Virus record (IMG/VR): IMGVR_UViG_3300005264_000029
Location: 1-64,000 of that record
Origin: a virus
Taxonomy: Duplodnaviria > Heunggongvirae > Uroviricota > Caudoviricetes
Length of the DNA stretch: 64,000 bases
Direction: 5' to 3' (one strand)
Shown: positions 44,984 to 56,200 of the stretch, piece after piece
Layout of the letters: every line of letters starts with the position of its first letter
How positions within the stretch are numbered: position 1 is the stretch's first letter
The notes under the pieces: generated by a model
Database searches by the model: none
What the model saw: the letters and a program-made list of their open reading frames with translations, nothing else
What the model was told of the DNA's origin: nothing
Program-made: the position numbers and the translations under genes

Positions 44984-47900
44984 TGTTTTTCACCCTCTCT
45001 TAACATACTTAGTATCGCAAGCAAAATTGCTGCAGATATTGCTACCCATGATAATGCGAACCATCCAAAGTATACCATCATTGCTGCAACAACGGATAAT
45101 ACCAATGATCCAGCAGTTGCAGATTTTGCTGTAAGTGTTAATGCCAAGAACCCTAAAAAGATTGTGATAATCCAATTCATGTCCATATTGAAGTTAACTA
45201 ACCCTAAACTTATTTCTCCATTTTCTCTCATTGAATCTCTATCAGAAACTATTCCATAATCTGTTATACCTTCAACCAATACATCAAGAGTTCTATTAAT
45301 ATATTCTGCAGGTGTCAAATAAACTAATTCAACACTACTTTGTCCAACCACTGTATTAGTATATACTAACTCACCATGTGGTCCATCTAATCTTACTTCC
45401 ATCTTAACCTCTTGAGTTGTACCTGAAATATCTTCCCACTTACCATACACAGTACCATTTATTTGATCTGAATATACAGACACTTTATCAGATATTACAG
45501 TTTGAGAAACTGAGAATGCAAGATCAAACAATGCTAAAGTTTCTACAACTGATTGTGTTGCTGTATAAAAACCTATACTTCTAATTGGTTGATTAGCAGA
45601 TTCAACTTCTAATATATACTGTTCGTTTTGAATTAAAAATGCAGTAACCTTTCCAGCTGCATCTGTTTTATCCCATGTAATTTCTTGAGATGTACCTTCA
45701 ATATTTCTCTTAAACGATAATGACAAATCGTCATAATCATTTAATAAATCAAACATATTAAACACTGCTGTAACTGCACTTGTTGTAAGTACATCAATTA
45801 AATATACTTTTTGATTAAGTACATCTTCATCAACTCTTACAGTTCTAAAGTAACTTGAATCTGAATATTGTAAATCAAATTTAAGTTTCTCCACTTCACA
45901 ATTAATCGGTACTACGAAATTGTCTTCAGTAATTGTTATTTGTGATACAGATGAATCTTCACAAATTGTTTGAAGTGTAATTATTATAGCACCTGATATA
46001 TTAAATGCTCCGAAATCTTTTTCATCAAGTAATGAAAAATTAAATACTGGCCCAAGTGTAATAGGTAATGTTTCAAACACTGTCGAATTTGATTTATTAA
46101 ACAATGTATATTTTGAACCATATTGTGATTTGGACGATCCAAAGTTATAATTACCAGGATTGATATATGTTAAATAATATGAAGTGTTTCCTGTACTTCC
46201 AATGTTACCTATTGTAGATTCATTAATAGTTACATAATCAATATCATTACCTGTCATTGCTGATGAATATGTAAAGTTAATTCTATACAAATCAACATTT
46301 ACGGTATTGTTATCTTCTACATTATTACTAACACTATCATAAATTGAAATATCTACTGTAGCATTACCTAAATTACTAAATATAAAACTTGCATTATAAC
46401 AACTTCCTAGATTCTGTACTACTTGTCCGTCTTCTGTAATCTGAGCGTTACATGTAACAGGAGTTAAATCTGTAATTGATATATAATCTGTTAAGTTAAG
46501 CGTTCTATCATTTAAATTAATAGTATCTGGAAATGATATATTTAATGTAGGTGCTGTATTATCTACATAAAATACATGGTTATTCTTATTGCTCGAAGTT
46601 CCATCTAAATACCAATTAGTATAAATACCCTCACTGAAATTCTGTACATAAAATCTAGGAGTAACTAATTCATGTCTTTGGTTATCGATTACATCAAGTA
46701 CTTCAGTATTTGAATGTTTATTAAAATCGTAATTAGCAACTAAGTTATCAGTTGAAACTTTGAAATATTCTTCATTATACAAATCAGTAACTTCTTGTTG
46801 CGATAAAGATTTATTATAGATTCTAATTTCATCAAGGTCTCCATTATATAACGCGTCACCCATTGAAATTGTAAAATCATTATCAGTTAGTACACTTCCA
46901 GATGCTATACTATTTATAGTAGTTACTAATTCGTTATTTACATACAAATGCATAGCTGTATCATTTCTAATAGCTACTATGTGATTCCATGTATTTAAAT
47001 TTGTAGCAGGACCTGAGACACTATGTTGTGTACCACTATACCAATCGTAAAATTCTGCTCTATTGTTTGCACCACATCTTATTAGCATCTTATTACTTGT
47101 ACTTCTCTGTTTAATAAGAGTGTCTATATTACATGCTGATTCAGGATTATACCATAATGAAATAGCATATTCATTAGTTAAAGATAAATCTAACCCTTCT
47201 GCACTACCAACACTAATATAATCATCTACACCATCGAAATGTACTCCTCTATCTTCTCTTTCAAATATAGGTTCCCCTGTAATAAATTCAAGATCTGGGT
47301 TTTCTAAATCAACTGTTGTTCCCCTGTAATCATATAGGTTCTCATAATCTAAAGTACCAGTTTCATATAATTCTAAAACTTCTGTTGCATTAAGTGCTTG
47401 ATTAAGTATTACTATATCATCAAGTTTACCCTGATACCAATAATTGATCTTATCATAATATGTTCCTATAACTGTATGTGAATCAGCTTCACTAATTTCA
47501 CCAGAGCAATATCCTGTATGGGCCGAATCTAAAACACCGTCAACATAAATATATACATTTGTATCTGATCTTGTAATAGTTACAGTATGTTCATTATTAT
47601 CATTATATAATCCAGTTGAATATTTTGATAATGCTGTACCATCTGAATTACAAAATGCTCTAATTTTACCATTTTGTATACCAATCATATTTCTATCAGT
47701 ATATCCTTGACTTCCACCGTATTTATCCATTACTACAGTATCAGCATTTTGTGTTGTAATAAATTTAAATCCTATTGTAAAATCATTTCCTGGCATTGGA
47801 ATATCGAGATCTACATAATCATCAACTCCATCGAATCCAAGAACCTCTTTTGGCTCGTAATTATTAATAGCTTCTCCAAGAGTCATAATGTTATCCCCTT

Positions 47901-50232
47901 CAAAGTTAAACTCGTATCCATTAGCTAGTTCATCATATTCAATATGTTTGTCATTATATAGATCTGTAATTTCTGTTTGATTTAAAGCATAATCTAGGAT
48001 TACTACATTATCCATTTGACCTTTAAAATACGATGTTGATCCAATAGTTGATCCTAATTTATTAAAATATCTAGGTTCTCCTAAAGTCGCATCACCAGAA
48101 TAATCTAAAACACCATTTAAATAATATTTTACTGCTATATCATCTAATGTATAACATAAATGATTCCAATCCCCATCAAACACTGTTGAAGAAGATATTG
48201 CGAAATCTACGGCATTTAATGAATCATATAATATCAAATACATTTTATTGTTTGCTAATTGAATTCTAGTTTTTGGTGTAACAGTTCCTTCAATTAACAT
48301 ATTACTCGGTGATACTTCTGTACTTACCCATACACATGCCGTAAAATCATCTACTGCCATTGGGTCAAATAGAACATAATCATCTACACCATCAAACACT
48401 AATGACTTACCTAATACTCCAGATACTCCTTTACCTAATGTTGATGTACCTGCTCCTTCATCCATCTTGAATTCATATCCTTGCACATGATCTATAGCTG
48501 TATAATCTATTTCTCCTGTACTATATAGACTTGAAACCTCAGCAGGTGTAAGGGCGTGATCTAATATTATTACATCATCGATTTGTCCATTAAACCAAGA
48601 TTCAGGTCCACTTCTATATTTACCAATTAAGTATGAATGTACTGCATCTGGGTCGTATGTACCATCAGTTGTAGCACCAGCACCATCAGCTGCACCGTTA
48701 ATATAAGTTTTCATTGAATTATCGGTTGCATCATAAGTTGCAACTACATGTGTCCATCCTGATGCCGCAAGAATTGTACTTGTACTAGATGCTGTTACGG
48801 TTGTTCCTACAACTGTATATGTCAACTTGAATGTATTATCAGAAGACATATATATACCTGGATGAAGGAAATCTTTTGTAACAATAGCCATTGTAGTTCC
48901 GTCCACATCTTTATTTACCCATGCGGCTAATGTAAATGATTTATCAGCTTGTTCTTCATAAATACCTGTGTCAATATAATCTGCTGTACCATCGAAGTCT
49001 ATACCTCTAGTCGCATCCCATAGAGGACCATTAACTAAAGTACCTATTGTATCAGTTGCATATTGCTCGGCTCCACCATTAATAGTTGCAGGAAGATCTT
49101 CTGTACCACTTACAATATAGTTATCATCAACAACTGTTACATTATCATATCCCTCAAAAGAATATGATGCTTTCAGATTTGCCGATCTTACAGGTTTAGC
49201 TGAATGCATTTCTTTAAATATTTCATCTTGAGTAAGTGCAGCATCCCAAACTCTAAATTCATCAAATGATCCTTCAATAGTTCCATAAGAATTTGTTTGT
49301 ACTGGTCTATCAAAATTTAACCATAATGCTTGTGATGTTGGTGGAGATATTTGATATAATACACCAACTTCTGTTTGTTCTACACCGTTAATATATAGAG
49401 TTTTAACACCTGCAGTAGATACTGCAGCTATATGCACTTGTTCTCCTTTATCAAAATATCCAAGTTTTCCATTATACACACCATTATAACTTTGATATGC
49501 TACCTTCCATTGATCACCATAATCATTAATCAGTAATGCATTCCTATTATTTCCACCATTACCATTAACCCAAACATTTCCATATGCAGATCCAGGTCCT
49601 AAATTTTCTACATCAATCCATATAGATGTTGTATATGTTCCGGCCTCTGTAACAAACTCAAGTACATCATTTTCTATAGCTACATAATCATCCATTCCAT
49701 CAAATTCTAAATATTTCCCGAATTTACCACCAACAGCCTTACCTGTTGTTTCTACTCCTAGATCCTCGAAGTCGAAATCATATCCCTTAACGAACTTTTC
49801 AGTATTATATGTACTAGTTTCATAAAGTGTTCTGATCTCGTTTGCATCAAGTGCATGATCTAGGATTAATACGTCATCAATTTGTCCTTCCCAATAACTA
49901 TCTGCTGTAGTATCTCTTCTACCTAAAACATAACTTCTATCTGTACTTGCAATACTACCATTAGCATCTATATTATTTGATACTGAAAAACCATTATCAC
50001 CATTGTAATATCCTTTTAATTTTTCACCATCATACACCATTGTAATAAATAACCATTCATCATTAGAAAATAAATTGGAATCTAATTGAATAATAAATGA
50101 CCCTTCTGTTGTAGTTATATATCCTCTAATATCTCCACCACTTGATCCTCTTTGATGAAATACTATATCTCTATTATCATCATAAATATATCCATTACCA
50201 TTAATATCTCCCATCGATAACCACATAGACAA
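44980..50232 (-). CDS. giant secreted/anchored protein of LamG/ConA-like lectin domains with C-terminal TM anchor (1750 aa as called; first domain truncated)
   Basis: at least 8 'FDGVDDYV ... IDDVxILDxALxxxEIxxLY' units; called start is TTG, and the LamG motif 'VDDYVEIDN' continues upstream to 50292. Confidence 0.7.
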   Translation of the reverse strand: MSMWLSMGDINGNGYIYDDNRDIVFHQRGSSGGDIRGYITTTEGSFIIQLDSNLFSNDEWLFITMVYDGEKLKGYYNGDNGFSVSNNIDANGSIASTDRSYVLGRRDTTADSYWEGQIDDVLILDHALDANEIRTLYETSTYNTEKFVKGYDFDFEDLGVETTGKAVGGKFGKYLEFDGMDDYVAIENDVLEFVTEAGTYTTSIWIDVENLGPGSAYGNVWVNGNGGNNRNALLINDYGDQWKVAYQSYNGVYNGKLGYFDKGEQVHIAAVSTAGVKTLYINGVEQTEVGVLYQISPPTSQALWLNFDRPVQTNSYGTIEGSFDEFRVWDAALTQDEIFKEMHSAKPVRSANLKASYSFEGYDNVTVVDDNYIVSGTEDLPATINGGAEQYATDTIGTLVNGPLWDATRGIDFDGTADYIDTGIYEEQADKSFTLAAWVNKDVDGTTMAIVTKDFLHPGIYMSSDNTFKLTYTVVGTTVTASSTSTILAASGWTHVVATYDATDNSMKTYINGAADGAGATTDGTYDPDAVHSYLIGKYRSGPESWFNGQIDDVIILDHALTPAEVSSLYSTGEIDYTAIDHVQGYEFKMDEGAGTSTLGKGVSGVLGKSLVFDGVDDYVLFDPMAVDDFTACVWVSTEVSPSNMLIEGTVTPKTRIQLANNKMYLILYDSLNAVDFAISSSTVFDGDWNHLCYTLDDIAVKYYLNGVLDYSGDATLGEPRYFNKLGSTIGSTSYFKGQMDNVVILDYALNQTEITDLYNDKHIEYDELANGYEFNFEGDNIMTLGEAINNYEPKEVLGFDGVDDYVDLDIPMPGNDFTIGFKFITTQNADTVVMDKYGGSQGYTDRNMIGIQNGKIRAFCNSDGTALSKYSTGLYNDNNEHTVTITRSDTNVYIYVDGVLDSAHTGYCSGEISEADSHTVIGTYYDKINYWYQGKLDDIVILNQALNATEVLELYETGTLDYENLYDYRGTTVDLENPDLEFITGEPIFEREDRGVHFDGVDDYISVGSAEGLDLSLTNEYAISLWYNPESACNIDTLIKQRSTSNKMLIRCGANNRAEFYDWYSGTQHSVSGPATNLNTWNHIVAIRNDTAMHLYVNNELVTTINSIASGSVLTDNDFTISMGDALYNGDLDEIRIYNKSLSQQEVTDLYNEEYFKVSTDNLVANYDFNKHSNTEVLDVIDNQRHELVTPRFYVQNFSEGIYTNWYLDGTSSNKNNHVFYVDNTAPTLNISFPDTINLNDRTLNLTDYISITDLTPVTCNAQITEDGQVVQNLGSCYNASFIFSNLGNATVDISIYDSVSNNVEDNNTVNVDLYRINFTYSSAMTGNDIDYVTINESTIGNIGSTGNTSYYLTYINPGNYNFGSSKSQYGSKYTLFNKSNSTVFETLPITLGPVFNFSLLDEKDFGAFNISGAIIITLQTICEDSSVSQITITEDNFVVPINCEVEKLKFDLQYSDSSYFRTVRVDEDVLNQKVYLIDVLTTSAVTAVFNMFDLLNDYDDLSLSFKRNIEGTSQEITWDKTDAAGKVTAFLIQNEQYILEVESANQPIRSIGFYTATQSVVETLALFDLAFSVSQTVISDKVSVYSDQINGTVYGKWEDISGTTQEVKMEVRLDGPHGELVYTNTVVGQSSVELVYLTPAEYINRTLDVLVEGITDYGIVSDRDSMRENGEISLGLVNFNMDMNWIITIFLGFLALTLTAKSATAGSLVLSVVAAMMVYFGWFALSWVAISAAILLAILSMLREGEKQ

Positions 50233-50288
50233 TGTAAAAGTATCACTTCCAGAAATTTGATGTAAATTATCAATTTCTACATAATCAT

Positions 50289-53200
50289 CTACTCATAGTT
50301 TTCATAGTTTACTTTTCCTGTATTATATAGTTCAGTAATTTCTGCTTGTGTTAAAGCTACATCTAAGATCTTTACATCATCGATTTCTCCATCAAAAAAT
50401 TCACTAGTTCCTCCATAACTTCCAAAATATATTTCGTCAGGAATATTAGGTATATTAATATTTGCAGAAGTTCTTTGATTTTGTAAAACACCATCTAAAT
50501 ATGTTTTAAATCCATTAACAGTGTTTTTTTCCCAAGTTAATGTTATCATATGCCAATTATCATCATAATAATTTCCAAAAGATACTCCACCACCTACTCC
50601 ACCATCGAAAGATAATATTGCTTCATCATTGTATGGTAATACGATATAATCACCAGATTGTATTCTAAATGCACTTCTAGTTGTAGCGTCATCTGTTTTT
50701 ATAAATAAATTAATTGTTAATTTAGATCCAGATAAATCTATATTTTTATTATATTGAACATAATCATCAACACCATCAAAACTTACTCCCCTATCTGTAC
50801 TCCAAGTTACTCCATTTTCTAGACTTCCTTGAACTGCTGAATGAACACCTACTCCATTTGTTAGAGTTCCTGTAATATCTTGATCTCTTGTTATAGATCC
50901 TAGATCATAATTAAAACCATATAATTCATTTCCGGCATCTGCTGTACCTGTAATTAAATATACTTTATCATTATATTCAAATTGTGATGGTGTATTATAT
51001 AATCCTACATCTCCAATAGAATTAATTATTTCTAAATCCATTTGCCATGCTGAATCTTTCCATACATAACCATATACAACACCGTTATATTCACCAGCAA
51101 TTAAATATCTTTCTCCATTAACCTCAAATACATCAGGTGAAGCTCGCTGTCCAATATCTCCAAGTCCAGAAATATATGATGAATCTGATACCCAAGCATT
51201 TGTTACCCATTTAAAAGATTCAAATGTTCCATCTTCCATTCCAGATATTAATATCCAATCAGTACCATCATGATAAACTTCAGGAGAAGAATAAATTAAT
51301 CCTCTAGAATCTCCTGGTTCATCAATTATTCCGTTAGTTATTGCTGTGTTTACCGACCACGCAGATCCAGTCCATTCATATCCTCTATTCTGATCATTCA
51401 TACTTCCCATGATTAAATACCATGTACTATCCTTATAGAATACTGTAGATTGTAAATAATCAATTCCTTCAGTAATTCCAGCCTCTATTGGAGCGTTAGG
51501 TTTCCAAGATACACCATTCCATTCATAACCAGTACATTGCCCAGATGAAATACATTGAATATTGTAAAGATTACCGTCCATTGTAAATACTTCAGGTTGT
51601 ACTCCTGAACTTGATCCTGGTAATCCATTAAGTAAATTTGTATCAGCAAACCATTTCTGATCTGTTTCTAAATTATATCCGTCGAATGTTCCGTCTTGAT
51701 CACCAGTTATAGTGTACCATGTATTTAACATATAAAATGTTGAAGCTGTAGAATAAGTGCCAACATCAGAAAGTCCACTAATCACTTCGGCATTTACACT
51801 CCATGAAGATCCTCCCCATATATACCCATCGAAATCTCCTACAGAATTTCCAATAACTAAATATAAATTCCCATCTTTTTCAAATGTTTTTGGTTTAGAT
51901 CGGCTGCCTACATCTGGAAGTCCACTAATTATACCTGCATCAGATGACCATGAAGATCCTCCCCATATATACCCATTGAAAACACCGTCATGTTCACCAG
52001 ATATTAAATACCAATTATCATTCAGATAAAATATAGTAGGTGCAGAATGCGATCCTACATCTGGAAGTCCACTAATTATACCTGCATCAGATGACCATGA
52101 GGATCCTCCCCATATATACCCATCGAAATCTCCATCGAAATTTCCATTAATTAAATATAAATTTCCATCTTTTTCAAATGTTGTAGGTGAAATGTAAGAT
52201 CCAGAAAGTCCACTAATTATACCTGCATCAGATGACCATGATGATCCTCCCCATATATGACCATTTGCTGAACTTCCAGATATTAAATACCATTCATTAT
52301 CAACTTCGAAAACTACTAAATCAGCATATGATCCAACATCTCCTAAACCTGAAATGATTTGTGTATTTGACAACCATGGGAAATCGTTACCTGTAACAGT
52401 ATCCATTATACTTCCATCATTAGTTGTTTTACCATTTACACTTCCATATAATTCGGCTTGTGTACCTGCAACTTGATTCATATCATAAGCAGTTATACCT
52501 TCTGTTTCTTCGAACGAAAATGATGAAACTAGGTTTTCATTCCTTCTTGGAATAGATGACTCCATTTCAGCCTTAATTTCTTCTTGTGATAAGGCAGCAT
52601 CCCAAATTCTTACTTCATCAAGTGACCCGTTGAAATGTTGTATATCTAATGGGTGCGCTCCTAATGTATCAACTAAAGAATAATCAAGTGCGTGATTGGC
52701 TTCATTTTGTTGATCTATTAATATTCCATCTATATATAACTGTTGAACAGATGTAGCTCCAGTTTCCCAATAATTTCCACAGTAATAATGCCAATCTTTA
52801 TATTCATCATACGTGATTGGTGATTGAATTGTTCGTGCACCTGAATTATCAAACCGCCATACTATATCTGTATATGTTGTAAAATCTCTAAATCCTAAAG
52901 TATGTGTTTCACCTACAACCATATTAAATGATGTTACTGTACCTAACATATCAGAATTGTGTTTAGCCCATGTACAATATGTTAATGCCGTTGCTGTAGC
53001 GTCTGGAGTCATCATATCCATTGATATTTTATCGTCTACACCATCGAATTCTAATGCTTTCCCATATTTACCTGTAGCTGTTTCACCTACTGTAATTGTA
53101 CCTGTCCCTTCTGAGAAATCGAAGAAATATCCTTCCGTTCTATCTATTTCACTTAATGCAGATCTACCATTTTTATATAATTCTTGTACTTCAGTATTTG

Positions 53201-56200
53201 TTAGAGCTCTATCTAGAATTAATACATCATCGATTTGCCCGAATATAAATCTATTAGTATATGCTCTTCCTATACCCTCAATTATAAAATTATCTTGTAA
53301 AACAATATCTACATCAGTTAATACTCCATTAGTATATGTAGATATTAACTGATGTGTTAAATTATAAGTTTCAAAATTTAATGATATATGTCTTAAATCT
53401 GTTCTTAATCCAGAAAGCTCTAATAGATGATTTGTACCTGTTGATCCTAGTTCTAAAGTTATATCTTCTCCTCCAGAAATAATAAAGTTTCTAGTTAGCC
53501 CTATTTCACCCATATATCCTTGATTAATTAATGAATCTGTTTGCACTATAAAATTTATAGAATATTCATCTCCTGCATTAAATGATATAGTTGGTACACT
53601 TACATAATCATCTACTCCATCAAACTCCAGACCACGTGAAGTCCATGTAGGTCCATTAATTAAGCTCCCAACTATATTGTCATTCCTTGTTACGCCACCA
53701 ATCATATTACCATCAGAGAAAGCGTAGTTTTCATATACACCATCATTTACATCTGTGGACTTAAATAATGCTTGCAGATCAAAAACTTTAGAATTAGAAT
53801 CCTTATAGGTTGTACATCCCACACATAATTGTTCATTTCTATCATGAATTACAGAATTCTCTAATTCCTCAAATGAAGCATGATATACAAGATTAGTTGT
53901 ATCAAAATATTCATTATTATATAATTGTTCAATATATTTACTAGGATTACCACATGTTATAGTTTCTATATGTTGCATTTGAGCACTTTCAATTGTCCAA
54001 CTTCCTGAATATTGATATTTTTGATGTCCAAACCCCATACCAGAATCAGTATAACTAACATGTTTTTCATAACCATTTTCTACACAATACTGATCTGCTG
54101 TAGCAGTATCTCTATATAAAGGTAGTCCAGCATGAGTTGGATTATTAATTATAACATCATCAGCTGTATTCATTAAAGATGTATTATAAATTCTTACATC
54201 ATCAAGAGAACCGTTATATCTAGTTGAACTATATCCAATACCTAAATATTGTAAACTTATATTTTTATTAGATGTTCCAGTATGATAAATATACTCACCA
54301 TTTTTATAGAAAGTTATTAAAGCGCTATCATAAACATAACATATATGTTGATAAACATTATAATCTAAAAAACCTACTGGAGAAGCAATAGAAGTTCCAT
54401 CTTTAAATTCCATAAAATATACATTAGTTCCAATATTAAATCCAAGAAAATTATCATTAGATGGAGAAGTATCTCCAATTAGTGATATTCTATTTGTTGA
54501 TGAAGCTTGAATAGAAGAAGGATTAAACCAATTACACACTGCAAACTCTGTTAAGTCCCCTGTATCTGTAAATGATACATAATCATCAACACCATCGAAG
54601 TACATAGCACTTTCTCCAATAATTCCCGAATTTAGATGATTTAGATCTTCAGTTGTTGTCCCACCTGTTTCTTCAAATGAATATGATGCAACTAATCCTT
54701 CTGATTTTATAGGTTTATTAGAATTCATCTCTTTCTGGATTTCTTCAGATGTTAATGTAATATCCCAAATTCTTACTTCATCAATTTGACCATCATAATA
54801 ATTAGATGCACTAGCTACATATAAAGCTCCTAACTCAAAATCTGCCATACTAGTAAGTAATGTATATGTAAAACTTCCAGCATTATAACCATTATTAAAT
54901 ATCTCAGCATTACCATTATCGTATCTTACACATCTATAATTCCATTCATTTAAATTATCTGTTACTGCATAACTTAATGTTTCTCCGTTACCAAATACCC
55001 ATTCAAATCTGTTTGCTGTAGTACCGGCCTGTAAATAAATCCTACTTCCAGAATTATAATGTCCAAATACTTTATCAAATGATGTTGTTGTGGATTCTGA
55101 ATTATGCCATAAGCATATGGTACCTTCTGTAGATGATAGCGCCGTACCACTAATACTTACATAATCATCTACACCATCGAATTCTAATGCTTTTCCGTAT
55201 TTACCATTAATTGTACTTGAAGTTGTTGTAGTATCATCAAGGATATTCTCGAAATTGAATTCATATCCTTCTAGGTGTTCATGTAATCCATATGAAGTAG
55301 ATCCAGTTTCATATAATTCAAGTACTTCCTCTGCTGATAATCTTGTATTTAATATAGTTATATCATCTATTTTACCACCCATTGGATGTCCACTTCCTGC
55401 TGCATAATCAAGACCATATACTTTATCACTAGTAGTTGCTTGATCTCCTCTAATTCTAAAATTTCCTTGATCAAAAAATAAATTCCATTTTGTATTAACT
55501 GTACCTTGAGAAATAACCCAATCATATTCACCTACGCCTATAGCATCTGGTTTAACCCAAAAACACACTGATAAATCTCCTTGTTTTAAATTAGGATTAG
55601 GAACTAGCACATAATCATCACTACCATCAAAGCTCATAGAATGTCCTTTTAGTCCGTTATGGTATTCTCCAGTTATAGTATTATCTAAAAAATGTTCAAA
55701 AACCATAGGTACTGAGTTAGATCCCACACTAGGTAATCCTGAAATTATTCCTCCATCAGATATCCATTGAGATCCATTCCAATTCCAACCATTGAAAGTT
55801 CCACCTATAAGTCCAGATATTAAATAAAGTTCATCATCAATATAGAATATTGTAGGTGAAGAATAATCTCCCACATCTGTTAATCCTGTAACAATAGAAG
55901 AATTAGAAACCCATGTAGATTCTACCCATTTATAACCATCGAATTGTCCATCATTACTTCCAGCTATTAAATAAAACTCTCCATCTTTTTCAAATACTTC
56001 TGAATCAAATGAAACAAAACTTGTTACAAGTCCGTTCATAATTGCCGTATCGGCAACCCATTGAGATCCGTTCCATTTATTTCCTGTAGCTGTTCCAGAA
56101 CCACTTCCACCACTAATTAAATACATACTACCATTCATCTTAAAAACATCAGGTTTAGACCATGTTCCTACTTCACCTATACCAATTACTATATCAGAAT

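Noticed and set aside
45000-53352. Plus-strand ORFs inside the giant minus-strand genes (44916..45134, 47674..47928, 51757..52029, 52957..53352)
   Set aside because: They lie within long, well-supported LamG-repeat reading frames on the opposite strand. The 51757 ORF merely mirrors the internal tandem repeat.
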